Shown: one piece after another, positions 38,398 to 51,277 of the stretch
How the letters are laid out: each line of letters begins with the position of its first letter
Numbering within the stretch: position 1 is the stretch's first letter
Origin: Anaeramoeba ignava BMAN
Lineage: Eukaryota > Protista > Anaeramoebae
DNA: 64,000 bases
Direction of reading: 5' to 3'
Assembly (NCBI GenBank): GCA_028826165.1
Contig: JAPDFW010000082.1
Span: forward strand, 1 to 64,000
Position numbers and translations under genes: made by a program
The notes under the pieces: model-generated
What the model was told of the DNA's origin: nothing
Database searches by the model: none
Seen by the model: only the letters and a program-made list of their open reading frames with translations

Positions 38398-38661
38398 ATG
38401 TTTCAAGAATTTGATTTTGAATATGAAATTGAAACAAATTCAAATGATGTTTCAAATTTAATTCAAGAAATTGAAGAAAATTCTTTAATTCAAATGAAAA
38501 AATCACAAGAAATTGAAACAAATTCAATTTTAATTGCAAATAAAATATTTGAAAAAATTGAAAATAAAATTAAAAAAGAAATTGGAAGAAAAAAAAGAAA
38601 ATCAAATCAAAATGATGAAATGGATTGTTTTGATTGTAAAATAAGAAAAGGAAAGAATTAA
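38398..38661 (+). CDS. Small hypothetical protein (87 aa)
   Basis: Clean ORF preceded by TCATTTT motifs; acidic N-terminus, basic C-terminus. Confidence 0.5.
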   Translation: MFQEFDFEYEIETNSNDVSNLIQEIEENSLIQMKKSQEIETNSILIANKIFEKIENKIKKEIGRKKRKSNQNDEMDCFDCKIRKGKN

Positions 38662-38834
38662 AGAAAATTTATTATTTATTATTTAAATAAAACGGGAAAA
38701 AAAAATAATTGCGAAAAAAAAAACATTTTTTTCCACTTTTTAGTTTAATAAAAAATTTTAAATAAAAAAAAATTTAAATTGTAAAAAATCATTTTTCATT
38801 TTTTTCATTTTTATTATTTTTATAAACAAAAAAA

Positions 38835-40097
38835 ATGTCTAAAAGACCATTTAAAAAAATTTTCTCTTTCACAAAATTTGGCAAAAGAAGCAAATTTTCT
38901 AATCAAACAAAAAAGAATCAAAAAACAATCCAAAAACAAAATGAAAATATAAATGAAAATATAAATGAAAATACAAATGAAAATATAAATGAAAATATAA
39001 ATGAAAATATAAATGAAAATATAAATACAAATGAAAATATAAATGAAAATATAAATGAAAATATAAATATAAATGAAATTGAACTAGAATTTGAAAGTGA
39101 AAGTGAAAAAAATAATGAAAATACAAATGAAAAAAATAATGAAAATACAAAATGAAAAAATAATGAAAATATAAATGAAAATATAAATATAAATATAAAT
39201 GAAAATGTAAATGAAAATATAAATGAAAATATAAATGAAAAAAATAATGAAAATATAAATATAAATACAAACGAAAATGTAAATGAAAATGTAAATGAAA
39301 ATATAAATGAAAATTCAAATGAAAATTCAAATGAAAATAATCAAATAATCAAACAAAATAATCAAAATCCTTTCCAATTTTTTGATTCAACAAAAAATAC
39401 TTTTGGATTAGATGAAAAATATATCAAATCAAACTTCATTTTCAAAAATTCCAAAATAATTTCAAATAGTTCATTTCTACCATTTTTAAAAAAATGGATT
39501 GAAGATGAAGAATTTTGGTTTTCATCAAAATTAAATTATTCAATGACAAAAGAAGGGAAATCACCAAAAAGATTTCATTCAATTTGTGATAATAAAGGGA
39601 AAACATTAGTATTAATAAAAACAACAGAAGATTATATTTTTGGAGGATTTACAAAAATTGGATGGACAACAAATAAAACTCAATGGGTTAAAAAAAAAGA
39701 TGATTGGGGATGGATTAGAGATGAGAATGCATTTATTTTTTCATTAAGAAGAGGAAAGAATTCTGATGATTCAACTCCTCAAAGATTTAAAATTCAACCT
39801 GGAAGAGAAAATCATGCTATTTGTTATGCTTATTTTTCAGGCCCTTCTTTTGGTTTATCTGATATTTCAATTCTTGCTGATATTGTTTATCCTTCTCATT
39901 TTGACTATTTTTGTTCTCTTTATGGCGACCCTTCTACAAGTTGTTATGAAATTGGTCCTGATTTTCAACAATTAGGTTCTTTTTCTAGTTCTGTTGATGC
40001 TTGGGATATTGATGAAATTGAAATTTATTTTCAACCAAAAGCAAATGTGAATCATTTTAAAATTAATCCAATGAAATTAAAATCAAATAAGTTTTAA
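38835..40097 (+). CDS. TLDc-domain protein with N/E-rich N-terminus
   Basis: FHSICDNKGKTLVLIKT..IFGGFT..DENAFIFSL..GPSFG..IDEIEIYF. A frameshift at ~39150 inside the repeat joins ORF 38835-39155. Confidence 0.85.
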
Positions 40098-40149
40098 ATG
40101 AAAATTTGGAATTGATTTTTTTTTTTTTTTAATTTGCAAAAGATTTAAT

Positions 40150-41885
40150 AAAATTTAATTGAAAATTTGAATAATTTTAATTAATTTTAAATAGATTTAT
40201 TTAATTAATTTTGAATAGATTTAATTGATTAATTTTAAATAGATTTAATTAATTAATTTTAAATAGATTTAATTTATTAATTTTAAATAAATTTAATTTA
40301 TTAATTTTAAATAAATTTAATTTATTAATTTTAAATAAATTTAATTTAAAAAAGTGGAATAGATTTAATTTATTAATTTTAAATAGATTTAATTTTTAAA
40401 AAGTGGAATAGATTTATTTAATTTATTTTTAAATAGATTTATTTTTTTATTAATTTTTAAATAAATTTAATTTATTAATTTTAAATAGATTTAATTTATT
40501 AATTTTTAATAATTTAATTAATTAATTTTAAATAATTTAATTATTAATTTTTTGAATAAATTTAATTTATTAATTTTAAATAAATTTAATTTAAAAATTT
40601 TAAATAAATTTAATTTATTAATTTTTGAATAGATTTAATTTATTAATTTTAAATAAATTTAATTTAAAAAGTGGAATAAATTTAATTTATTAATTTTAAA
40701 TAAATTTAATTTATTAATTTTAAATAGATTTATTTGATTAATTTTAAATATAGATTTAATTTTTAAAGTGAAATAAATTTAATTTATTTAATTTTAAATA
40801 AATTTAATTTATTAATTTTAAATAGATTTAATTTAATTAATTTTAAAATAGATTTAATTTAAAAAAATTAGGAATAGATTTAATTTATTAATTTTGAATA
40901 AATTTATTTAATTAATTTTGAATAGATTTAATTTATTAATTTTTAAATAAATTTAATTTTATTTAATTTTAAATAAATTTAATTAAAAAGTGGAATAAAT
41001 TTAATTTATTAATTTTAAATTTAATTTAATTTAAAAAGTGAAATTTAATTTAATTTAAAAATGGAATAAATTTAATTTATTAATTTTTAAATAAATTTAA
41101 TTAATTAATTTTAAATAAATTTATTTGATTAATTTTAAATAAATTTAATTTATTAATTTTAAATAGATTTAATTTATTAATTTTAAATAGATTTAATTTA
41201 TTAATTTTAAATAAATTTATTTTAAAAAGTGGAATAGATTTAATTTATTAATTTTAAATAGATTTAATTTATTAATTTTAAATAAATTTAATTTATTTTA
41301 ATTTTAAATAATTTATTTTAATTTATTTAATTTTTAAAATAAATTTAATTTATTAATTTTTAAATAATTTATTTTATTAATTTTTAAATAAATTTAATTG
41401 ATTAATTTTAAATAAATTTAATTATTTTTAATTTTAAATTTAAATTTTTTTAATTTTAAATTTAATTTATTTTTAATTAATTTTTAAATAGATTTAATTT
41501 ATTAATTTTAAATAGATTTAATTTATTAATTTTAAATAGATTTAATTTAAAAGTGGGAATAGATTTAATTAATTAATTTTAAATAGATTAAATTTAATTA
41601 ATTTTAAATAGATTTAATTAATTTGGAATAGATTTAATTTATTAATTTTAAATAAATTTAATTTATTAATTTTAAATAAATTTAATTTATTAATTTTAAA
41701 TAAATTTAATTAATTAATTTTAAATAAATTTAATTTATTAATTTTAAATAAATTTAATTTATTAATTTTAAATAGATTTAATTTAAAAAAAGTGGAATAA
41801 ATTTAATTTATTAATTTTAAATAGATTTATTTGATTAATTTTAAATAAATTTAATTTAAAAAAGTGAAATAAATTTAATTAAAAA
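40150..41885. repeat. 24-bp minisatellite (AATAGATTTAATTTATTAATTTTA) with interspersed AAAGTGGAATA variants
   Basis: Directly visible; e.g. units at 41162 and 41186. Confidence 0.9.
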
Positions 41886-41974
41886 AAAATGACTCAATTT
41901 GATAAAAAATTATTAAATTAAAAAATTTTTTTTAATTTTTTTTTTTTCATTTTTAATTTTTTTTTTTTAAAACA

Positions 41975-44485
41975 ATGGATAATCAAAAAATTGATCCAAT
42001 AACACTTTTTGAAAAAGAAATAGAATGGGAACCAATTTCAGAAATACTTTTTAAAGCTTCTGAAGGTAATTTTTAATTTTTAATTTTAAATTTAAAAAAA
42101 AAAAAAGAAGAAAATGAAAAAAGTATCTTTTTTATAAAATTCTCACAATTAGAAATGAAACTTGGAGACACAATTCAAACCGATAATTTTATTCTAAAGA
42201 AATTTATTAATGCAGCAGATATTGGAAATGTATTAATGGATTCAGGAATTAAAAAAAAAGATGATGAAATGTTTTCAATTGAAGAAACAAAAGGAACTTT
42301 TCCATTAGAAAAATTAACTGCCAAACAACTTCTTGGAATAATGGACAAATTATTATCTTATGAGTCATCTTTCCTTAATGGATACAATATTGCACAATCA
42401 ATTTTCTCTTGCTTATATTGCTATTATGTCGATGATATTAAAATACCTGCTTTGAAATTGTTTTGTGAATCCGTTCTTTTCCATTCAAATATTATCATAG
42501 ATCTCGTTAGAATAACTCAGGTTTATCAGGTTGATATAAAATCTTTTTTATTCAGTTTAGATCTTCTTATTTTATGCAATATCAATTAACTTTTCAAATT
42601 TATTTTTATTTTTTTTCATTTCAAAAAAAAAAAGGAAACTGAAGATTTTTTAACTTATTTATTTGATTTCAAATTAAAAAACGATCCAAAAATAATTGAT
42701 GATTTAAAAGAAATGGAAAATCAAATACAACAAAGAATTGAGGTTATCCATAAAGAAAAAAAAGAACCAACAAATGAAGAAAATACCATTTCTTTTGATT
42801 GTATTCTTGATGGAATTTCTGAAGAAAAATTTCTTCATTCACTTTTAATCAGAATCCAATTTAGAATTTGTTGGTTAAATATTCACCAAGAATTAATTGG
42901 CGAAACAGTGAAAAAAGAAAATTTAGACAATTTCAAACAAAATATTGAAAAAGCCATAATAATTTTGAAAGAAATTGAATCAAATTGTTTTGTTCCAAAT
43001 TCAAATTTAAATAATAATGAAAATAATAATGAAAATAATATTGAAAATAATATTGAAATACCGGGATTTAATGATGATATCAATAGAAGAAGAATAGCTC
43101 CAATTCAACCTCCAACAAATATTCATATTCATACTTTTTCGGAATCAATCCAATATTTCTTGAAAATTTTGAATGAAAACTTGCAAATTCATGCGATTCT
43201 GGAATCAATTAATTTCAACAATATCAATCATAAAAATGCTTGTGAAATTCGAGAAACTAGTTTTACAGCAGAAATCTCACATTTGTTTTACCACTTTTTG
43301 CAGAAAAAACCAGAACTCGTTTCAAGAGCAAGACTTTTCAAGCTATTTTTTGATTTCCCGCAATCAAATAATCTTTCATTATCCAAATTTATTGAGTTTT
43401 CAATGATCGATTATGGAATCAATCCCAAATATTTTAAAGAGGAAACTGCACAGAAATTATGCAGTATCATGGAAACACCAATCAAAAGAATTCAACAAAA
43501 TTATTGCGAAGATGTAACACGTTCGCATCAAAAATACAAGAAATTATTCAATTTTTGGAGCATTTTCACAAGACAAGGAACGATTGTTGATTCGCATTTT
43601 TTCGATCCAAAAAAAGAAATCAATAATTTGAAAACACTTGACGAGATTCAACGCAATATTTACATTGTGGAAAAGCATCCATTTTCTTGTTGGATGGTTG
43701 ATATCTCGTTGGAAATTTGCATCCATTATTTGCTCATTGGATTTCAATTGGAGATTTATTCCATTTCTGAATGTTCAATGATTTTTTGGTATCTTAATTT
43801 CTTGACAAGTATTAAATATCAAACTGCATATGCAGCAACAATTGTGAAAATGAAGAACAAAGAAATTGCAAAAACAAACAAAAATCAAGTAAATAAATCA
43901 TTTGTGCCAAGAAAAAAAAATATTTCCAAGAAAAAAATGGCGAAAAATCGCGAGAAAGAATTGAAAAAACAAAAAGTATTGCAGGAAAATGCAAACACTT
44001 TTTATATGCTTTTCCTTCATTTGCAACAGGAATTTACTCGTGGATTAACAAACTTATTTTTTTCATTTGAAAAGGATGGACTAGTTGAATCAAATAGAAA
44101 TTCAAAAGCAAAATATATTGATGAGGAGCAAATATTTAACGAAAGATTTGGTCGTTTTTCTTCTGTTGTAAATCCTCCAAAAACTTATCAAGATTTTGTT
44201 GAAAAAACAAATTATCCTCAAATTGAATCCTCAGTTTTATATCAAAATGCCTTGAATTCCTTTAAAGAATGCCAACAAATTTGCAAACAGATTGAAGACA
44301 GAAAATCAAAGTTTGAGACCAAATCTTGTTTAAGTGATGAAGTTGCAATAATTAAACGTTTGTGTTTCGAAAATATAATTGGAATCAATCTCATTTCTTC
44401 TATAAAAAAGAAAGGAGACAAACCAAGAATTACTCTTAGATTTGATCAACATCCTTGGCTTCCTCAATTTAAAGTTAGTCATTGA
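41975..44485 (+). CDS. NAA35: NatC auxiliary subunit NAA35/Mak10, 3 exons
   Basis: Exons 41975-42065, 42153-42529 and 42635-44485. LMDSG, FLNGYNIAQSIFSCLY, TEDF, GFQLEIYSISECSMIFWYL, FNERFGRF and HPWLP match Mak10. Confidence 0.88.
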
Positions 44486-44624
44486 AGCATTTAAACAAAT
44501 TTTCAAAATATTTTTTCTTTCTTTTCCAAAACAAACGTTTTTTTTTTTAATCTTGCTTTTCTTCATTCAAAAATAAATTTTTAGAAAAACAAAAATTTCA
44601 ATTTTATTTATCAATAATTTCTAT

Positions 44625-46458
44625 TTAAAAAATTAAACAATTTTCTTTCTTTTTCTTTTTCTTTTTCTTTTGATTTTGATTATTAAATTTCTTAATTAAT
44701 AAATCAAATAAATTTGGATTTGTTTGATTTAATTGAAAATAATCAATTCCAATTTTAAGTTCATTAATTATTTCTTGTGTAATTTCAATTTCATTTTTAA
44801 TTTGATTTGAATAAATCCAATATTCTAATATTTGGAATGATTTATTACTTAATTCACTATAATCTGTAACTTTATTTGAAGTATCTTCTGTTACAGATAA
44901 AAACATTCCTCGATATAATTCACTTCTCATTATTAATATTAATTTAGGAAATTTATATTGTTTTTCTTTTCTTTCAATTATAAAATCTTTTTCATTTTCA
45001 TTTTCATTTAAATAAATTCTTTTCATTGTTTCTTCAATTTTTTCATTTAAATTTATAATTTCTTTAATTTCAGAATATAATTTTGGATTTATTATTCTGT
45101 TCGAATAAATCATTTCAAATATTTGATTTGATTCTTTAATTGATTTTTTTGAAATAATTTCTTTAAGTTTTTCATTTTGATTTTGATTTTGATTTAATCT
45201 ATATTTCAATATTAATTTATGAGCTTCAATTATTTCTCCATTTTCTGTTTTAAATGAAATATCACAAAATTCTTTTCTTCTAAATAATTTTATCAAATCT
45301 TCTTCAAGATTGGAAAAAGAAAAAGGAGAATAATAAAGAAATGAATTGTAATATCCTGAAAAAATATGATAATTAGAAATTTCTTCATTAAATCTTAATT
45401 TAGGAAGTTCAATTTGAATTGGAATTAATTGATTTTCTGTTGTATATTCAATGGCTAATTCACCATAGTAATTATGTCCAAATCCTATCAATTTTGAATT
45501 AGAAGTTAAAATCAAAGTATGAAAACATCCAACAGAAATTTCAAGAATATCATCATTTTCAAATAAAGATGATTTGATTTCAGTAAATTCATAAGTATCT
45601 TTATATTTACCAAGTCCATTAAAAAAATATCTTCCAGTCGAATAAAGTTTTCTTTTTGGATTTTGATTTTGATTTTGAATTTGAATTTTGATTTTGATTT
45701 TCATCTTCAATCAACATTATTGAATGAGAATAACCACATTGAATATCAATTATTTTGCCTTTTGGAATATTTTGTATTTTGGTTAATTTTTTGATTTTTA
45801 TTTCTTTTCTTGATTCTCCTAATCCAAGTCTACCATATACATTGTTTCCAGATCCAAATAATTCTTGATTTGAATTTAAAAGAAAAATTGAATAAGAAGA
45901 ATTTCCTGAAAATATTTTAGAAACATTTTTCATCATTAAAATTGGTTTTTCTGTTTTTTCAAGTGTTTCAGAATCAAAACCAAGTTGACCATAATCATTT
46001 GAACCAATTCCATAAGTATTTTGATTTGAAGTTAATAAGTAAATTGAATTAGATATAGAAACAACATCTTGAATTATTCTATCGTTTTTATCTTCAATTA
46101 ATGATGAAATATTGATAAATTGATTTGGATTTTTTGGATTAATATTATATCCTTTGGCAAATACATTTCCTTCTATTGTCAGAATAGCTTCATTTTGAAA
46201 ACCAACAGTTACTTTTTGAATATTTTCTTCAATTTGGATTTTTTCAGGATTTTGATTTGAATCTTTTTTATTTAAATATTCTATTGCTTTTCCATTTTCA
46301 AAAAGGAAAATTGTTGAAAATATTCCTGATGAAATTTGTTTAATTTGTTTTTCATTTTCATTTCCAAATTTAAATTGAATTGATTTTGTTATTCTAAATG
46401 ATTCATTTTCGAAAAGAATTGGATCTTGATTTTGACCAAAAAATAAACAATCATTCAT
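44625..46458 (-). CDS. RCC1-repeat + BTB-like protein with polybasic-CAAX tail (copy 1); frameshift in the QN tract at ~45680
   Basis: RCC1 repeats (GSNDYGQLG, GNNVYGRLGLG, CGYSHS); BTB-like FCDISF..AHKLILKYR and ILIMRSELYRGMF; ends KKKKKKKKENCLIF. Confidence 0.88.
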
Positions 46459-46541
46459 TTTTGAAAAGAAAAAAAATGAAAAAAATGATTTTGGAATTTT
46501 AATTTTAATTTTAATTTTGGAAATGAAAGAAAAATTAATTT

Positions 46542-48264
46542 TTAAATGAAATAAGTTTCAAGTTCATCAACAACCCATTTATTCTTAGAACCAGCTAAAT
46601 AACTTTTAGCTTCATTTGTTCCATAAATAATTCCATTAGGTGGATTATAAGTATGACCAAAATTTGAAAAACCAGGTTGTAAATTAGAAGATAATTGAAA
46701 ATCACCTCCATCTATTTTAATAAATAAATATAATTTTAATAATAATTTAATTTAAATTTATTTTGTTTTAGTTTAATATAATATTTTTATTTATTATATT
46801 AATATTTTAGATTATTTATTATTCCAATTTTAATTATAATAATAAATATTTATTAAATAAAAATTATTTATATTTACTTCCAAATAATGGACCATAATCT
46901 AAATTAGAACAAATTGCATCACCTTTGTCATTATATGTAAACTTTGCAGGTATTCTATCCCCTTTATCATTTCTTAATGAAAAAATAAATGCATTTGAAT
47001 CATTAATCCATCCTGAATTTCCATTAAATCCAACTTGAGTAAATCCTCCAAAAATAAAATTATCTTTTGTTTTGATAATAACTAATGTTTTTCCTTTTCC
47101 ATCAACTGCTTTATGCCAATTTTGAGAATTAAATCCATCTCTTTTTGCTGAAAATCCTTTTTTCATTTTAGAAAAAAAATCATTATCATTTATCCATTCT
47201 TGTAATTTCTTAACATATTCAATATCTTTAATAATTTCTGAATCTGAAAATTGAGGAAAATTGTTTTTTAATTCCATTAATTCAAATTTGGATTTCAAAT
47301 CTTCAACTTCTTTCTTCCATTTCTCTTCAATTTCTTTATTTTTATTTTCAACCTCTTTCTTCCATTTCTCTTCAATTTCTTTTTGATTGTCTTGAATAAC
47401 TTTGTTTTGAATATCAACTAAAAAAGAATTTGGAAGAAAAAAATCAAATTGTTTTAATTTATCAAAATCTTGTTTTGAAATTGAATCTTTATCAAATAAT
47501 GAAAAAAAAGAATGAAATAATCTTTTCTTTTCAATTCCCTTTTCTTTTTCTTTTTCTTTTTCTTTCTTTCCTTTTAATCTTTGATTTCTTTTTTCAATCC
47601 AATTATTTAAAAATTGAAAAAAATCAAATTGAAAAATTTCTTTTTTTTCTTGTTTAAATTGAATAAATTTGATAATTTCTTCTTTAGTTAAATTGAATAA
47701 ATTTTCATTATTTTGAATTTGGGAAAAATTTTGATTTATTAATTCAAAACATTTTATTTCAATTTCATTTGAATTTAAATTTCGATTTTGGAATAAAAAT
47801 TGGAAAAAATTTGAATAATTAATTGAATTTGAAATTTTTTTTTGAATAATTTCTTTCAATAAATTTAATTTAAAATAAATTGAAATTTCCAATAATTGAA
47901 GAAGATTTTCTTCATTCTCAAAAGAAATATTTCCATAATAAATATAACTCAAAATTGATTCCATTTCTTTTTTATTAAATTGATTTAAAGAAATTTTATC
48001 AATATCGTTTTTTCCTCTTAAAAACTTATTAAAAAAAGAAGATCTTGAAGATAAAATTGATTTATGAACTTTAATTTCAAAAGGATTTGATTTATTCTCA
48101 ACAAAAATTGAAAAATCTTTAAATGAATTTCCATTTAAAAGGTTTGAATAATCTTTAATTAAATTTTTTGTTACTTTTTTTTCTAAATTTTTCATTTCAT
48201 TTTCATTTTCATTTTCATTTGGATTTTGATTTTGGTTATTATTATTATTATTATTATTATCCAT
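46542..48264 (-). CDS. BTB + TLDc domain protein, 2 exons
   Basis: BTB KDFSIFV..VHKSILSSRS; TLDc WHKAVDGKGKTLVIIKT..IFGGFT. Intron at about 46878-46712; final exon GGDFQL..YLAGSKNKWVVDELETYFI*. Confidence 0.9.
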
Positions 48265-48669
48265 TTTGTGTTTTTTGTTTTTTGTTTTTGTTTTTTGTTT
48301 TTGTTTTTAAAAAAAAAGGAAAAAAATGAAAAAAAAAAATTTAAATAAAAAAAATGAATAAAAAAAAGTGGATTTTGAAAATAAATAAAAATATAAAAAA
48401 TAAGAATAAATTTAAATTAATAATTAATTTAATTTTCTTTTTAATTTATTATTTTAAATTAATTTATTAATAAATTATTATTATTTTTATTAATTTTCAT
48501 TATTAAAAAGGAAAATTATTTTAATTTAATTTTTAATTTAATTTTTTTTTTGGAATTTAAAAATTATTAATAAATTTAAATTTAAAACAAATTTCCAAAT
48601 TAATATTAATTCAATTTAATTCAAAAAGATAAAATTTTAATTTCAAAAATCAATTTTCAAAATATTTTT

Positions 48670-49310
48670 AAATAATAAAATATTTAAATCTAAAACATTA
48701 AATTATTATTTTAATAATAAAATTAAATATTAAATTATATTTTTAAATTAATTTATTAATTAAATATTAAATTAAATCTATTCTTATTTTTCATTTTTAT
48801 ATGTTAAATATTTAAATAATAAAATATTTAAATCTAAAACAATAAATTATTATTTTAATAATAAAATTAAATAATAAATATTATTTTTAAATTAATTTAT
48901 AAATTAAATATTAAATTAAACCTGTTCTCATTTTTATATTTATATGTTAAATATTTAAATAATAAAATATTTAAATTTAAAACATTAAATTATTATTTTA
49001 ATAATAAAATTAAATATTAAATTATATTTATAAATTAATTTATAAATTAAATATTAAATTAAATCTATTCTCATTTTTATATTTATATGTTAAATATTTA
49101 AATAATAAAATATTTAAATCTAAAACAATAAATTATTATTTTAATAATTGAATTATGTATTAAATTATATTTTTAAATTGATTTATAAATTAAATATTAA
49201 ATTAAATCTATTCTTATTTTTTATATTTATATGTTAAATATTTAAATAATAAAATATTTAAATTTAAAACATTAAATTATTATTTTAATAATAAAATTAA
49301 ATATTAAATT
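48670..49310. repeat. AT-rich tandem repeat, ~143-bp unit, ~4.5 copies
   Basis: Anchor ATGTTAAATA at about 48801, 48944, 49087 and 49231. Confidence 0.88.
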
Positions 49311-49339
49311 TTGGTTTTGATTTCATTAATAATTTCTAT

Positions 49340-51211
49340 TTAAAAAATTAAACAATTGTTTTTCTTTTTCTTTTTCTTTTTCTTTTGATTTTGATTATTA
49401 AATTTGTTAATTAATAAATCGAATAAATTTGGATTTGTTTGATTTAATTGAAAATAATCAATTCCTATTTTAATTTCATTAATGATTTCTTGTGTAATTT
49501 CAATTTCATTTTTAATTTGATTTGAATAAATCCAATATTCTAATATTTGAAATGATTTATTACTTAATTCACTATAATCTGTAACTTTATTAGATTTATC
49601 ATTTGTAACAGATAAAAACATTCCTCGATATAATTCACTTCTCATTATTAATATTAATTTAGGAAATTTATATTGTTTTTCTTTTCTTTCAATTATAAAA
49701 TCTTTTTCATTTTCATTTTCATTTAAATAAATTCTTTTCATTGTTTCTTCAATTTTTTCATTTGAATTTATAATTTCTTTAATTTCAAAATATAATTTTG
49801 GATTTATTTTGGAATTATTTGAATAAATCATTTCAAATATTTGATTTGATTCTTTAATTGATTTATTTGAAATAATTTCTTGAAGTTTTTCAATTTCATT
49901 TTGATTTTGATTTAATCTATATTTCAATATTAATTTATGAGCTTTAATTATTTCTCCATTTTCTGTTTTAAATGAAATATTACAAAATTCTTTTCTTTCA
50001 AATAATTTTATCAAATCTTCTTCAAGATTGGAAAAAGAAGGAGAATAATAAAGAAATGAATTTACATTTCCACAAGAAATATGATAATTATAAATATTTT
50101 CATTAAATCTTAATTTAGGAAGTTCAATTTGAATTGGATTTAATTGATCGTTTGTATCTCCAGTTCCTAATTGACCATAATAATTATTTCCAAATACTAT
50201 TAATTTTGAATTAGAAGTTAAAATCAAAGTATGAAAACATCCAACAGAAATTTCACGAATATTATCATCATTTTCAAATAAAGATGATTTAATTTCAGTA
50301 AATTCATGAGTATCATTATCTTTGCCAAGTCCATTAAAAAAATATCTACCACATGAATAAAGTTTTCTTTTTGGATTTTGATTTTGATTTTGAATTTGAA
50401 TTTGAATTTGATTTTGAATTTGAATTTGATTTTGATCTTCATCTTCAATCAACATTATTGAATGAGAATAACCACATTGAATATCAATTATTTTGCCTTT
50501 TGGAATATTTTGGATTTGGGTTAATTTTTGGATTTGTAGTTGCTTTCTTGATTCTCCTAATCCAACTTGACTATAATCATTATTTCCGCTTCCAAATAAT
50601 TCTTGATTTGAATTTAAAAGAAAAACATATTTTGAAGAATTTCCTGAAAATATTTTAGAAACATTTTTCATCATTAAAATTGGTTTTTCTGTTTTTGGAA
50701 GTGTTTGAGAATCAAAACCAAGTTGGCCATTATAATTTGAACCAATTCCATAAACATTTTGATTTGAAGTTAATAAGTAAATTGAACTATCACTACAAAC
50801 AACATCTTGAATTATTCTATCATTTTTATCTTCAATTAATGATGAAATATTGATAAATTCATTTAGATTTTGTGGATTAATATATTTTCCTTTGGCAAAT
50901 ACATTTCCTTCTATTGTTAAAATAGCTTCATTGTTAGCGCCAACAGTTACTTTTTGAATATTTTCAATTTGGATTTTTTCAGGATTTTCATTTGAATCAT
51001 TTTCATTTAAATATTCTATTGCTTTTCCATTTTCAAAAAGGAAAATTGTTGAAAATAAACCTGATGAAATTTGTTTAATTTGTTTTTCATTTTCATTTTC
51101 ATTTTCATTTTCATTTTCAAATTTAAATTGAATTGGTTTTTTTATTTGATCTGGTTTATTTTTGATAAGAATTGGTTCTTGATTGAAACCAAAAAATATA
51201 ATTTCATTCAT
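49340..51211 (-). CDS. RCC1-repeat + BTB-like protein with polybasic-CAAX tail (copy 2)
   Basis: Intact 623-aa ORF, close paralog of copy 1; ends KKKKKKKKNNCLIF. Confidence 0.92.
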   Translation of the reverse strand: MNEIIFFGFNQEPILIKNKPDQIKKPIQFKFENENENENENEKQIKQISSGLFSTIFLFENGKAIEYLNENDSNENPEKIQIENIQKVTVGANNEAILTIEGNVFAKGKYINPQNLNEFINISSLIEDKNDRIIQDVVCSDSSIYLLTSNQNVYGIGSNYNGQLGFDSQTLPKTEKPILMMKNVSKIFSGNSSKYVFLLNSNQELFGSGNNDYSQVGLGESRKQLQIQKLTQIQNIPKGKIIDIQCGYSHSIMLIEDEDQNQIQIQNQIQIQIQNQNQNPKRKLYSCGRYFFNGLGKDNDTHEFTEIKSSLFENDDNIREISVGCFHTLILTSNSKLIVFGNNYYGQLGTGDTNDQLNPIQIELPKLRFNENIYNYHISCGNVNSFLYYSPSFSNLEEDLIKLFERKEFCNISFKTENGEIIKAHKLILKYRLNQNQNEIEKLQEIISNKSIKESNQIFEMIYSNNSKINPKLYFEIKEIINSNEKIEETMKRIYLNENENEKDFIIERKEKQYKFPKLILIMRSELYRGMFLSVTNDKSNKVTDYSELSNKSFQILEYWIYSNQIKNEIEITQEIINEIKIGIDYFQLNQTNPNLFDLLINKFNNQNQKKKKKKKKNNCLIF

Positions 51212-51277
51212 TTTTGAAAAGAAAAAAATGAAAAAAATAAATTTTAAAAAATCAAAAAATAAGAAAAAATAAGTTGT

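Noticed and set aside
40150-41885. 24-bp repeats as a CRISPR array
   Set aside because: Head-to-tail degenerate units with no unique spacers, no cas genes, and a eukaryotic context.
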